A stretch of DNA of 64,000 nt, from assembly GCA_039656555.1 (NCBI GenBank), contig JBDHLU010000005.1, positions 4,242 to 68,241 of the forward strand, in the 5' to 3' direction. This stretch comes from Gemmatimonadota bacterium. Lineage in GTDB: Bacteria > Gemmatimonadota > Gemmatimonadetes > Gemmatimonadales > GWC2-71-9. A program made the translations under genes and the position numbers. Positions 28,227-38,169 of this stretch are shown piece after piece (positions within the stretch are counted from its first letter, which is position 1; each line of letters begins with the position of its first letter). The notes beneath the pieces are model-generated. The model ran no database searches. It was not told the DNA's origin and saw nothing but the letters and a program-made list of their open reading frames with translations.

Positions 28227-28654
28227 TAGTGTCTTGGGGGCGGTACCCGCCCGGGTGGTGCGATCGGGCCCTGACCTGCTGTGAGTGGCACAACCGTACG
28301 GATGTCGTCATCGATGCTGATCTCGAACCGGAACTTACCGGGGGCTTCGAAAGGGACGTCGAACACGAGCACCGCGCCGGCTTCGATCTCCAGCACGCCC
28401 GCCGGAGGTTCGTTGAACGTCACCGTGCCGTTGCCACTCATTATTTCATGATCGTTCTCGTCCAGCAGTTGAATGCGAATGCTGTGATCGCCGATCTCGG
28501 TACGGCGTCCTTTTAGGCGCAGCACGAGATGTAGGCGTGGATGGATTGCCGGGAACGAACCAACCCAGATGTGCTGGAAAATACCCAGTACGGAGAGCTT
28601 GCCGAGCCGGTCGATGACCGCGTAGTCGCAACAGACGGCGAAGTCGATTTGCAT
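28226..28654 (-). CDS. Conserved hypothetical soluble protein (predicted beta-rich)
   Basis: Start at ATG 28654, preceded by GAGGAAGG. MQIDFAVCCDYAVIDRLGKLSVLGIF...FPAIHPRLHLVLRL... I recall a DUF family with this N-terminus but cannot name it reliably. Confidence 0.5.
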   Translation of the reverse strand: MQIDFAVCCDYAVIDRLGKLSVLGIFQHIWVGSFPAIHPRLHLVLRLKGRRTEIGDHSIRIQLLDENDHEIMSGNGTVTFNEPPAGVLEIEAGAVLVFDVPFEAPGKFRFEISIDDDIRTVVPLTAGQGPIAPPGRVPPPRH

Positions 28655-28673
28655 TCGAGCTGTGTGACCTTCC

Positions 28674-30749
28674 TCAATGAGTCTGAAATGTGCGGATGGT
28701 ATCGGCGAGTTCCTCAGGGGTACTGGCCGGTGGGGCGCACGCATTTCCGCAACAAACGTAGGCTCGTGGTGACGCGCCGTCCAACATGTCCTTGAGGGCG
28801 TCGGGGAGGTGGCTAGGGTCAGTGTTGGCGCCGAGTTGCGTCACTACTTTGCGTGGTCGATACGTTCGGCGTGCGGTTGCCAGCAACTCTGCTGCGTCTA
28901 CTCCACCGACGATGACGACGTGGCACGTTGGGTTGAGCACCCAATCAGTGGCCTGCAACATCGTGGCACCGAATACGGCGAGCTGGGTGAGCTTGTCGGC
29001 AAACGGTTCGATTATGCTGTCCCGGTAGGCCAGCCACTCCTGCCGCCCGGTCAATGCAGCCAGGCGGCTCATCGCGATCGCCGCAACACCGATCGGCGAG
29101 GGGGTTGGGGAGTCTTGTACGGGGCGAATCTCTTGCCGGAGAAACGCCGGCTCGTCACTGGTGATTCGCGCGTCGCGCAGGCCACCCACATCCGATGCGT
29201 AATCGGTCATGACATGGGCCATCAGCGTCTCCGCGCGATCCAGCCACATGCTGTCTCCGGTTATCTCGTACGCGTCGACCGACGCGTTGGCCAGTTGCAC
29301 TTGATCATCCAGAATGCCCCGCACGTCACTTCCCACGGCATGTGCCGCCCCACGTTCGATGTCTGGTGCCACGTCGGAAAACAGAAGGTCCAGCGTGGCA
29401 ATCGCATGCGCATCGAGGTCGGGGCGCTCGAGAGCCGCGCCGGCCGTCATCATGGCCGACGCCATCATGGCGTTCCACCCCGTGTAAAGCGTCGTGTCGA
29501 TGTACGGCGTTGGCCGAAGGTCTCGAGCTTCGAGCATCTTGAGTTGAGCTGACGCAATGAGCCGACCGACTTCGTCTTCGGATTTTTCGACGAGTTTCGC
29601 GATCGCCGGTATGGTCTGGGTCCGCCGGAGAACGTTCTTCTCTGGGTTGTGATGCATTTCGCCGACTTCATCGATGTCATAGTAGCGGCTGATGGCATCG
29701 AATTCTTCAGAAGTCACCACGGCCTTCGTTTCATCGACCGTCCAGGTGAAGTAGTCACCGTCGTCATCGGCGGTGACGTCAGCATCCTGTGATGCGTAGT
29801 AACCCCCGGCCGGATCCGACATGGTTGACGTGATCCACCGCAGGGTCCCTTCCATCACCTGCCGGAGGAGTTCCGGCCGTGCGGTTTCGGTGTCATCGGG
29901 CAGCGCCATGTAGGCGTGCGCGTAGGCCTTCAAGAGTTCGGAATTGTCATACGCCATCTTCTCGAAATGCGGCACCGTCCAGCGGGCATCGACGGAATAG
30001 CGATGGAATCCGCCGCCGAGGTGATCGCGAATACCACCGTTGGCCATCGCGGCCAGGGTCCGCTCCACGATCTCACGGGCCCAACCATGTTTGGAGTCGA
30101 ACCAGTGCGCCAGGAGGAAGTCGCACGCGCCGGGGTGTGGGAACTTCGGCATTGTGCCGAAACCGCCATATCGAAAGTCGAACGCATGGGCCATCGCGTC
30201 CGCGGCCTCATCGAGAATCCGTTGCGTGACGGTTCCAGGAAGGTCCGGGGTTTCGTCCGGCGTGAGACGCGCGGTGATTTCGCCGGCTTGTCTCAGAATG
30301 ACATCGCGGTCGTTCCGAAACCGGTCCCTGAGTTCACCGAGAACGTTGGCAAAGCCAGGCCGGCCGTGTCTACCGTCGGGTGGGAAATAGGTACCCCCAT
30401 AGAACACTTCGCCCTCGGGAGTGAGAAACGCCGTTAATGGCCAACCGCCTTGGCCGGAAACCGTCTGCACCGCACGTTGATAGCGCGCATCGACGTCCGG
30501 GCGTTCGTCCCGGTCCACTTTGATGCAAATCCAATCGCGGTTCAGTACCTCGGCAAGCGCCGGATCTTCGTAGGACTCGTGATCCATCACGTGGCACCAG
30601 TGACACCACACGGCGCCGATGTCGAGAAGAATCGGTTTGTCTTCCGCCTTGGCGCGCTCGAACGGTTCCGTTCCCCACGAGTGCCAGTGCACCGGTTGAT
30701 CCTTCGCGGTGCGGAGGTACGCGGAGGTGGCTTTGGCGAGTTGGTTCAT
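28674..30749 (-). CDS. Thioredoxin-domain protein of the DUF255/YyaL family (N-terminal Trx fold plus six-hairpin glycosidase-like domain)
   Basis: 691 aa. ..HWHSWGTEPFERAKAEDKPILLDIGAVWCHWCHVMDHESYEDP.. is the DUF255 signature. Confidence 0.85.
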   Translation of the reverse strand: MNQLAKATSAYLRTAKDQPVHWHSWGTEPFERAKAEDKPILLDIGAVWCHWCHVMDHESYEDPALAEVLNRDWICIKVDRDERPDVDARYQRAVQTVSGQGGWPLTAFLTPEGEVFYGGTYFPPDGRHGRPGFANVLGELRDRFRNDRDVILRQAGEITARLTPDETPDLPGTVTQRILDEAADAMAHAFDFRYGGFGTMPKFPHPGACDFLLAHWFDSKHGWAREIVERTLAAMANGGIRDHLGGGFHRYSVDARWTVPHFEKMAYDNSELLKAYAHAYMALPDDTETARPELLRQVMEGTLRWITSTMSDPAGGYYASQDADVTADDDGDYFTWTVDETKAVVTSEEFDAISRYYDIDEVGEMHHNPEKNVLRRTQTIPAIAKLVEKSEDEVGRLIASAQLKMLEARDLRPTPYIDTTLYTGWNAMMASAMMTAGAALERPDLDAHAIATLDLLFSDVAPDIERGAAHAVGSDVRGILDDQVQLANASVDAYEITGDSMWLDRAETLMAHVMTDYASDVGGLRDARITSDEPAFLRQEIRPVQDSPTPSPIGVAAIAMSRLAALTGRQEWLAYRDSIIEPFADKLTQLAVFGATMLQATDWVLNPTCHVVIVGGVDAAELLATARRTYRPRKVVTQLGANTDPSHLPDALKDMLDGASPRAYVCCGNACAPPASTPEELADTIRTFQTH

Positions 30750-31411
30750 AGGTCAGCACCGGGGCACAGGCTATTCAGCGGGCAGATCTCGCATTTGGGC
30801 CTTCGGGCGGGGCAAATGTCTCGGCCATGCCAGATCAGGAGATGTGAGAACAGCGCCCAATCGTCGCGAGGGACCAGCTTGACCAGGTTTTGCTCGATTT
30901 TCACTGCGTCGTTCCTGTTGGTGAGCTTCAGTTTGTTGGAGATGCGAGTCACATGCGTGTCGACGACCACGCCTTCGTTCTTTCCGAACGCGTTCCCGAG
31001 CACCACGTTGGCGGTCTTTCGCCCCACACCCGGGAGCGCAACGAGTTCTTCCATGGTGTCGGGCACCTCACCGCCGTGTTTTTCGACCAAATCCTGCGCC
31101 ATCGAGAGAATGGACTTGGTCTTGTTCCGAAAGAAGCCCGTCGATCGAATGTCTTCTTGGAACTCCCCTGGATCGGCCTCCGCATAGTCCTTTGTGGTCT
31201 GGTACTTCTTGAAGAGATTCTTGGTGACCTTGTTGACGCGCACGTCCGTGCATTGGGCACTCAGGATCGTGGCCACGAGCAGCTGTAGTGGCTCCTGGTG
31301 GTTAAGCTCGCAGTGCGCATCAGGGTACTGCGCCTTGAGCTTCTCGATGATCGGCCCGATGCGTTTCGGCGCGTCTCGCAAAGTGCCACGGCTCTTTCGC
31401 TTGGAGGTCAA
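30746..31411 (-). CDS. nth: Endonuclease III
   Basis: 221 aa. HhH-GPD motif LPGVGRKTANVVL and the [4Fe-4S] ligand pattern CPARRPKCEICPLNSLC. Confidence 0.9.
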   Translation of the reverse strand: MTSKRKSRGTLRDAPKRIGPIIEKLKAQYPDAHCELNHQEPLQLLVATILSAQCTDVRVNKVTKNLFKKYQTTKDYAEADPGEFQEDIRSTGFFRNKTKSILSMAQDLVEKHGGEVPDTMEELVALPGVGRKTANVVLGNAFGKNEGVVVDTHVTRISNKLKLTNRNDAVKIEQNLVKLVPRDDWALFSHLLIWHGRDICPARRPKCEICPLNSLCPGADL

Positions 31412-32250
31412 GGGAGAAACGCGTCCAGTATCGCCACGAACTTGTCACGTTCTTCGACGTGGGGTACGTGACCTGACTCTTCGAACTCGACGAACTCCGC
31501 GCCGAGTAGGTTGGCAGTTTCCCTGGCAGTGTCGATAGGGATCGGATCGTGGGTGCCATGGATCACGAGACTTGCGGTCGAGAGCTTCGCTAGTTCGTCA
31601 CGCAGGTCGTATTCCGCCAAGCTTTCCCACACGGCACTTTGCGTGCGGCCCGTTATGCGAAATGGCGTCATGTTGCTCACTTTGCTGAAGTCGTTGAAGT
31701 ACCCGGCAATGGAAAGCTCGAAGGCCCGTTGGCGGTAGGCTTCGGCATCGGATTCGCGGAGGCCGGAGGCTTGGAGTTCGTCCCGTGCCGCGACGATTTC
31801 CGGCCGCCGCGACCGTTGGGCAAAGCGAAGCTCGAATGCCGTCCGGCCTTCGATACTCGCCGCCGCCGGTGACACCAAGGCCAGCCGCACCACGCGGTCG
31901 GGGTTCTCGATCGCGAACAGCATCGCGAGCAGTGCGCCCCACGAGTACCCAACCACCGTGGCTCGTTCGATCTCCCAGTGATCGAGCAAAGCAACCAGAT
32001 CAGCGACATGGGCGCGCCATCCCACATCGGTCAGCCGGTCAGCGGGCGACTGCCCGCCGCCACGCTGATCGTAGTAGCGGAGGCGTCGTCCCATGGCGAG
32101 ATCGTCATATTGGGGCAAGAGGTAGTCGTGGTGGCCGCCGGGCCCTCCATGGAGCACCACGACGTCCGGCCCCTCTCCCAAGGTTCGCGTGAACAACCGA
32201 ATGCCGCTGCCGTCGGTGAACTCAATGGTGGGATCCATCGACGTGGTCAC
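31408..32250 (-). CDS. Alpha/beta hydrolase (proline iminopeptidase-like)
   Basis: 280 aa. ..VVVLHGGPGG.., nucleophile elbow GYSWG, C-terminal ..GHVPHVE... Confidence 0.8.
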   Translation of the reverse strand: MTTSMDPTIEFTDGSGIRLFTRTLGEGPDVVVLHGGPGGHHDYLLPQYDDLAMGRRLRYYDQRGGGQSPADRLTDVGWRAHVADLVALLDHWEIERATVVGYSWGALLAMLFAIENPDRVVRLALVSPAAASIEGRTAFELRFAQRSRRPEIVAARDELQASGLRESDAEAYRQRAFELSIAGYFNDFSKVSNMTPFRITGRTQSAVWESLAEYDLRDELAKLSTASLVIHGTHDPIPIDTARETANLLGAEFVEFEESGHVPHVEERDKFVAILDAFLP

Positions 32251-32708
32251 AGCAGCGCGGCGAGTGCGTCCGCGATCTCTCTGGTCGCTCGTTCCTCTGC
32301 TTCGGTGAAGCCGTTGAGAACGTCACTGTCGACATCTATCTGCCCGAGAATCTCGTCGTGCCGCCGGATAAGTACGACCAACTCGGCTTTCGTTTCTATA
32401 CTGCAGGCGAGATAGTCGCTGTCGGCGTTCACGTCGGGAATGTTCAGATCTTGCTGCTCGGCAACTGCGCGTCCACAGATTCCTTTTCCCACGGGAATAC
32501 TAGTGTGCTCCGTAGGGCGCCCGTCGAATGCTTCGAGCTCGAGCTTGTCTCCGTGAACCATGTACATGTAGACGCCGGTGTAAGGCGGCCCAGCCTCATG
32601 GATCTTGGTCGCCGCCATCTGCAACAGATCTTTCCGCGGAGTGTCATGACAAAACGCGCCGTGCAGGGCTTTCACGATCGAATCGGCCTTGAGTACGGCC
32701 TCAGCCAC
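32247..32708 (-). CDS. GAF-domain protein, free methionine-(R)-sulfoxide reductase (fRMsr/MsrC)-like
   Basis: ..GKGICGRAVAEQQDLNIPDVNADSDYLACSIETKAELVVLI..ILGQIDVDS.. matches the fRMsr-type GAF pattern. Start uncertain: GTG 32708 or 32711 just past the upstream stop; the track ORF begins at 32780. Confidence 0.65.
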   Translation of the reverse strand: MAEAVLKADSIVKALHGAFCHDTPRKDLLQMAATKIHEAGPPYTGVYMYMVHGDKLELEAFDGRPTEHTSIPVGKGICGRAVAEQQDLNIPDVNADSDYLACSIETKAELVVLIRRHDEILGQIDVDSDVLNGFTEAEERATREIADALAALL

Positions 32709-33954
32709 CACGCTGGCCCAGCGTGATGCGACCCTCGATACGCGTACCGTCACGCAGTATTGCGTAGTCGACCGTGTCACCCGGTTTGTAGGCGCGCAGG
32801 GCCTCGGTCATGTCGTTCAGGTCTTCAACGACGAACTCGCCTAGCAGTACCAGAATGTCGCCGCTCTTGATCCCTACCGAGTCGGCGGGGCTGCCCCCTC
32901 TCACGCCGGTGAAGCGTACGCCGCCGGGCGACCCCGACATGTCGGGAATGGACCCGAACCAGGCGCCATACCCACCGCCCGAAGCGGGGGCGGGTGCCTC
33001 GACACTCATGAAGGCGAGTTGCTGCTGGCGGGTTGCCATACTCCACGCGAGGTCGGCTGCGAACTCAGCCACCTCGACTATGCCTTCCGCGTTGATCAGC
33101 GGCCAATCGTCGGTAGTGCGATGATATTCCGGATGCGTGTTGGTGAAGAGGTGCAGCACCGGCATGTCCTGCGCGTAGAACGACGTGTGGTCGCTCGCCC
33201 CCCACGGGTCGGGGTTCGTTTGCAGAGTGAGACCGTGATTCTCGTTCACGCGCTCGATCATTGCCGGAAACTCGGCGGCCGATCCGGTCCCGATCACTAT
33301 AAGCCCCTCATCGCGCAGGCGACCCACCATGTCGAAATTGATCATCGCGTACGCGAGGTCGGCGTCGTATGTCGGGTTCTTGGCGTAGTAGTCCGATCCC
33401 AGCAACCCCAACTCTTCGGCCGTGAACGCAACGAAGTAGAACGTGCGGCGGTTGCCCGAACGGCTCGCCAGTATCTCGGCGGCTTGGATTAGAGCCGCGG
33501 TGCCCGAGGCGTTGTCGTCCGCACCATTGTGTACCACGCCCATGCTGTCCGGATCTAGGCTGCCCGACCCACCGAGCCCCAGGTGATCGTAGTGCGCGCC
33601 GAGGATCACGACTTCACGGGCGTGCGGCCCGACCCCCTCGAGCTTTCCGACGACGTTCCGGACCGCGGTTGCCTCGATCCCCGCGTGCGCGAGTGCCGGT
33701 GCAGACGGATCGAGCTGGAAGTTTTGGAAGAACCCGTCGGTTCCCGCCGGCGTGAGCCCGACCGCTTCGAATCGCTGGGCCACGTACTCGGCGGCCTGGG
33801 CCAGGCCGTCCGTACCCACCCCACGGCCTTCGAGTTGGTCGGAGGCCAGGTATTTGATGTCGGCGGTCACTTGCTCGGCCGATTGTGCCGAGAGCGTCCC
33901 AGCCGAGATGGATACTATAAGGAATAGATATACGAGCTTGCGCATGTCTTTCAC
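32701..33954 (-). CDS. Secreted M28-family zinc aminopeptidase with C-terminal PDZ domain
   Basis: 417 aa. Signal LVYLFLIVSISAGTLSAQS. M28 motifs ..GAHYDHLG.., ..GADDNASGTAAL.., ..FTAEELGLLGS.., ..SDHTSF... PDZ-like ..GSPADSVGIKSGDILVLLGEFVVEDLND... Confidence 0.85.
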   Translation of the reverse strand: MKDMRKLVYLFLIVSISAGTLSAQSAEQVTADIKYLASDQLEGRGVGTDGLAQAAEYVAQRFEAVGLTPAGTDGFFQNFQLDPSAPALAHAGIEATAVRNVVGKLEGVGPHAREVVILGAHYDHLGLGGSGSLDPDSMGVVHNGADDNASGTAALIQAAEILASRSGNRRTFYFVAFTAEELGLLGSDYYAKNPTYDADLAYAMINFDMVGRLRDEGLIVIGTGSAAEFPAMIERVNENHGLTLQTNPDPWGASDHTSFYAQDMPVLHLFTNTHPEYHRTTDDWPLINAEGIVEVAEFAADLAWSMATRQQQLAFMSVEAPAPASGGGYGAWFGSIPDMSGSPGGVRFTGVRGGSPADSVGIKSGDILVLLGEFVVEDLNDMTEALRAYKPGDTVDYAILRDGTRIEGRITLGQRGG

Positions 33955-33987
33955 TCTTTTCTATTTGTCGTCAATCGCCCTTCGACC

Positions 33988-34041
33988 TGCATCCTACACC
34001 CTACATCCTGCATCCTACATCCTGCATCCTACATCCTGCAG
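33988..34041. repeat. Tandem heptamer/14-mer microsatellite TRCAYCC x ~7.7
   Basis: tgcatcc tacaccc tacatcc tgcatcc tacatcc tgcatcc tacatcc tgcag, starting 34 bp upstream of the M28-PDZ gene start (33954). Confidence 0.9.
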
Positions 34042-34079
34042 ACCCCTAATGTAACTCTCCCGGCACCTCTTCCGGCTAA

Positions 34080-34262
34080 CCGTGTACGAGCTACACCCTC
34101 GACCAAAACGCCACAAATCAAGGAGCTCAACTGCCGCAGCAACCGGCATACATGAACGCGGGCAAGAACGACGAGGCGATCGCATCCTATGAAAGATCGT
34201 TGGAGTTGAATCCCGCAAACACGAATGCGACGGATATGATTGCGAAGATGCGGGGGGGCTGA
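34080..34262 (+). pseudogene. Remnant of the C-terminal end of a TPR-repeat protein gene
   Basis: The frame is open only from 34080. It ends ...AYMNAGKNDEAIASYERSLELNPANTNATDMIAKMRGG*, a canonical final TPR motif (..G..deAi..ye.aLelnP.n..A). There is no credible start or upstream coding sequence. Confidence 0.4.
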
Positions 34263-34377
34263 CGCTCGCCCCCACAAACGAAGCAAGGTGAAGGGGGGTG
34301 AGGCGAGTGCAACTTCAATGCATGAATCCTCGTAGGTTCCACTTCTCTCAGATGTTGTCATTTGTATCGAGGCATCC

Positions 34378-36816
34378 ATGAAACCAGTTATCCGAAGGCT
34401 CCTCCACTCCCCGACCTTCGCGATCGCGTCGATCCTGACGCTTGCCATCGGGATCGGTGCCAACGCCGCGATCTTCAGCGTCTTCAATAGCGTTCTCCTG
34501 AAGCCCCTGCCCTACGAAGAGGCCGGCCGGCTCGTCAGCATCATGCACAGCGCGCCCGGGTGGGATTTCGACCTCATCGGCCAGTCGCAGGCGCAGCACT
34601 TCACGTACCTCGAAGAGAACCGGTCGTTCGAGAACATCGGCATGGTCGAAGAAGGCGTCGTTTCGGTGACCGGCCTGAACGAGCCCGAAGAGGTCTTGGC
34701 GATCACGATGACCGACGCGGTGTTTCCGGCCCTGCGGGCGCGCCCGTTGACGGGCCGAGTGTTTACGGCAGAAGATGATTCGCCTGGGGCACCGGAGACT
34801 GTCATCGTGTCATTCGGATATTGGCAGACACGCTTCGGCGGCGATCAAGACGTGGTCGGGCGCACGCTCCGAGTCGATGGACGCGCGCGCGAAATCATTG
34901 GCGTCATGCGCCGCGATTTTCGATTCCTCGATATCGCACCGTCGATCTACTTGCCGATGCAACTCGATCGCTCACGCGTCCGGATCGGTGCGTGGCGCTA
35001 TTTCGGATTGGCGCGATTGAATCCTGATGTCTCCATCGCTGCGGCCAACGCCGACCTCGAACGGATGATTCCGATCTCGTTCGACAAGTTTCAAGGCGGT
35101 CTGACGCGCGAGATGATGCAGGAGGCCGGGCTCGGCCCGAACGTGGCATCGCTGAAGGACTTCGTGCTGGGCGACGTGGGGACTGCCCTGTGGATATTGC
35201 TCGCGATGGTTGGCCTCGTGTTACTGATCGCCTGCGCCAATGTGACGAACCTCTTTCTCGTGCACGCTGAGGCAGGCCGGCGCGACATGGCCGTACGCGT
35301 TGCCCTTGGAGCATCGGTCGGGCGCGTCGCCCGGCAGTTTCTCGCTGAAAGTTTGACGCTGGGGCTCGCCGGTGGCGCGGTCGGATTGGGCCTTGGGTAT
35401 GCTGGTGTCAGGCTCCTTCGGCTGCTCGCCCCCACGAACCTGCCGCGCCTGGACGAGATTGCGATCGATCCGACCGTCGTCCTCTTCACGCTAGGCCTAT
35501 CACTTTTGGCCGGCTTGCTCTTCGGACTGATTCCATTGGTGCGTTTCGGAGTGCCCGATCTCGTCGGCTCGCTCAAAGAAGGCGGGCGCGGTGGAAGTAG
35601 CGGCCGCGAACGACATCGGCTACGTCATGCCCTGGCGACGGCACAGGTGGCGATTGCACTCGTTCTCTTGATCGGGTCCGGCCTCATGATCCGCAGTTTC
35701 CAAGCGCTGCGAGACGTCGATCCCGGATTTGGGCAAGACGACGTCCTCACGCTGCGATTGACGCTTCCCGAAGCGGAGGTCCCCGACCCCGAGCAGGCGG
35801 CACTGATGCACGAGAACATCGCACGCCAGCTGGAACGGATCCCGGGCGTTACGCACGTCGGCAACGTATCGACGATTCCCATGGGCATACGGACCAACGA
35901 CGATGTCGTCGTGGCCGTGGACTTCCCGGTGGAAGAAGGCAGTATGCCGCCGCTACGGCGGCACAAGCGCGTCGGGGGTGACTACTTCCAAGCGATGGAC
36001 ATGCGACTTCTTGCGGGTCGGCTCCTCGGCTGGTCCGATGTGGAGGAGCTTGGCGACGTGGTGGTCGTGACCGAGAACTTCGCCGAGGAGTACTGGGGCT
36101 CGGCGAACGCTGCGCTCGGACGACGCATCATGGAGTGGAGCGTCGGGCGGGAGCGTGAGATCGTGGGCGTCGTCGGCAACGTGCGCGACGACGGTGTCGA
36201 TCAGCCCGCACCGGCCATCGTCTATTGGCCCATCGCCACGATCGAGTATCGCGGAGAGGACCTGCACGTGGAGCGGTCGCTTACCTACACCTTGCGTACC
36301 GAACGACCGCTGACCGCAAGCCTGCTCAATGAAGTGCAGGCCGCGGTGTGGGCGGTCAACCCCAATCTGCCACTCGTCGACGTTCGGATGCTGGACGAGC
36401 ACGTCGCGCGCTCGATGGCGCGCACATCGTTCGTGTTGGTCATGCTCGGCATCGCGGCCACCATGGCGGTCCTGCTCGGCGTCATCGGCATCTACGGCGT
36501 GATTTCCTATGTCGTCTCGCAGCGCACACGAGAAATCGGTGTCCGCATGGCGCTCGGTGCTAAGCAGGCCGACGTGCAATGGATGGTGCTACGGCAGGGA
36601 GGCTTCGTCGTATTGGTGGGCGCCGCCATTGGGTTGCTCGCGGGCGTTGGCGTGAGTCGGCTCATGTCGACGCTGCTCTTCGGCGTCGGTACGATTGATC
36701 CGCTGACGTATGGCCTTGCGGCCGTCACCGTCGCCGTTGCCGCACTACTAGCGACCTATCTGCCGGCACGGCGGGCAGCGGGTGTAGATCCTAATGTGGC
36801 GCTGCGGGCGGAGTGA
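34378..36816 (+). CDS. ADOP-family (duplicated orphan permease) MacB-like ABC permease with two FtsX domains
   Basis: 812 aa. N-terminus ..[42 protein letters not shown].. and two ..[11 protein letters not shown]..-type FtsX modules. Confidence 0.85.
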   Translation: MKPVIRRLLHSPTFAIASILTLAIGIGANAAIFSVFNSVLLKPLPYEEAGRLVSIMHSAPGWDFDLIGQSQAQHFTYLEENRSFENIGMVEEGVVSVTGLNEPEEVLAITMTDAVFPALRARPLTGRVFTAEDDSPGAPETVIVSFGYWQTRFGGDQDVVGRTLRVDGRAREIIGVMRRDFRFLDIAPSIYLPMQLDRSRVRIGAWRYFGLARLNPDVSIAAANADLERMIPISFDKFQGGLTREMMQEAGLGPNVASLKDFVLGDVGTALWILLAMVGLVLLIACANVTNLFLVHAEAGRRDMAVRVALGASVGRVARQFLAESLTLGLAGGAVGLGLGYAGVRLLRLLAPTNLPRLDEIAIDPTVVLFTLGLSLLAGLLFGLIPLVRFGVPDLVGSLKEGGRGGSSGRERHRLRHALATAQVAIALVLLIGSGLMIRSFQALRDVDPGFGQDDVLTLRLTLPEAEVPDPEQAALMHENIARQLERIPGVTHVGNVSTIPMGIRTNDDVVVAVDFPVEEGSMPPLRRHKRVGGDYFQAMDMRLLAGRLLGWSDVEELGDVVVVTENFAEEYWGSANAALGRRIMEWSVGREREIVGVVGNVRDDGVDQPAPAIVYWPIATIEYRGEDLHVERSLTYTLRTERPLTASLLNEVQAAVWAVNPNLPLVDVRMLDEHVARSMARTSFVLVMLGIAATMAVLLGVIGIYGVISYVVSQRTREIGVRMALGAKQADVQWMVLRQGGFVVLVGAAIGLLAGVGVSRLMSTLLFGVGTIDPLTYGLAAVTVAVAALLATYLPARRAAGVDPNVALRAE

Positions 36817-36825
36817 CTGCGATGT

Positions 36826-36886
36826 AAGATCACAGATTCGAGATTACAGATGTGCGATCGATCTAAAATCTGTAATCTGTGATCCT
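36826..36886. terminator. AT-rich GATYACAGA-type imperfect palindrome between convergent genes (likely bidirectional terminator)
   Basis: aaGATCACAGATTcgagATTACAGATgtgcgatcgATCTaaAATctgtAATCTGTGATCct. The outer 11-bp arms GATCACAGATT / AATCTGTGATC are perfect. It lies between stops at 36816 (+) and 36898 (-). Confidence 0.55.
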
Positions 36887-36897
36887 ACGTCGCTGTT

Positions 36898-38169
36898 CTA
36901 CTCGCCCTCACCCTCCCCACTCGGAGCCCCCAACCCAAACTGCATCACCCGCTCGACGCCGAGCTCGTCACGATGAAACACGAGGATGTAGTCTGCGCCG
37001 AACTCCAACAGACTCCCCGGTGGCCAAATCTTGTCGAACACCGGAATCGTCGCGCGACACGAGAACTTCCCGTCTGCAGCGAACGCGATCCAGTGTTGTG
37101 GGTCGGGAGCGTCGGGTCGAGGATACTCTTGCACCCACACCCTCCCGTCGCGACCACCCTTTATGCTCGAGAATGCGGGAAATTCATCAGCGGTTGGACG
37201 TCTAGGATCGATCATGCTTCCCACTGCTCGACGTTGCTCCGTTGGTGTACGGTCAGCGTACGGCGCGATCAGTCGATCCCGCTCCATCGCGACGTCGGAC
37301 GAGGATACAGTGCGGTCGCCCGTCGTCCACCGGACCAAACGCACAACGGCGAAGCCGTCGGTGCCACTGCGCACGACGTACTGCGGCGTTCTCTGGAACC
37401 CGTGAAGAATATACGACCGAACGCTCGTCACGCTCGAGCGTGACTCGAACATCGGGTACGTGGTCGTCGCGCCCGGGTCATTGGTCAACTTCCCCCACTG
37501 TCCCATCGGCAACGTCGCAATGGTATCCAGCAGAAGACCATCGTTTTCGTGCACTACGACCGTGTGCTGTCGAGGTTCGAAAATTGTCCCCGGGTACCGT
37601 TCTGGTGTGCGGTTTGCGAGTACGAGACGGCCATTGTCCAGCACTGTTCCGAAACCCGGCGGGTTCCCATAGATCGGATCCGGCTGCACGTTCCGCTGCC
37701 ATTGGCCACCTGGTGAAAACACGAGATACCGGTAGGGCCGGTAATCTCCAACCAAGATCGTGTCGCCCGGCAGTACCCAAAGATGAAATGCGCGGCGGAA
37801 TTCACCCGGTCCCTCACCGCGCCTTCCCGACGCGCGGAGAAACTGTCCGTCCTGATCGTAAAAGCGGAGTTGCTGGCTCCCTTGATTGACGAGCGCAATC
37901 GTTCCGTCCGAGAGCCGTCGCGCGCCAAACACGCGGAACAGCTGGTACTCCTCCGGTCCCTCCTCGACTCCAATCCGTACTTGCGGCTGGTCGGTGATGG
38001 AGCAGGTGGCATCGAGACGCGCAAGATCGTTCATGACGATCGTGATGCCCGCACTGTCGCGCACGGCGATCGCGGGGAGCGAGGCGTCGGTGTTGGTGCA
38101 CCCGTAGTGAAGAATCGGCGTTGCCAGCAACACCGTTCGAGCCAAGCGTGAGATCGAAGGCCCAATCAT
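36898..38169 (-). CDS. 6-bladed beta-propeller lipoprotein (NHL-like, GEGPGEF-motif family)
   Basis: Start at ATG 38169, giving MIGPSISRLARTVLLATPILHYGC (lipobox). Motifs ..RGEGPGEFRRAF.. and repeated blade-like segments. The track ORF extends 114 nt further upstream. Confidence 0.6.
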   Translation of the reverse strand: MIGPSISRLARTVLLATPILHYGCTNTDASLPAIAVRDSAGITIVMNDLARLDATCSITDQPQVRIGVEEGPEEYQLFRVFGARRLSDGTIALVNQGSQQLRFYDQDGQFLRASGRRGEGPGEFRRAFHLWVLPGDTILVGDYRPYRYLVFSPGGQWQRNVQPDPIYGNPPGFGTVLDNGRLVLANRTPERYPGTIFEPRQHTVVVHENDGLLLDTIATLPMGQWGKLTNDPGATTTYPMFESRSSVTSVRSYILHGFQRTPQYVVRSGTDGFAVVRLVRWTTGDRTVSSSDVAMERDRLIAPYADRTPTEQRRAVGSMIDPRRPTADEFPAFSSIKGGRDGRVWVQEYPRPDAPDPQHWIAFAADGKFSCRATIPVFDKIWPPGSLLEFGADYILVFHRDELGVERVMQFGLGAPSGEGEGE

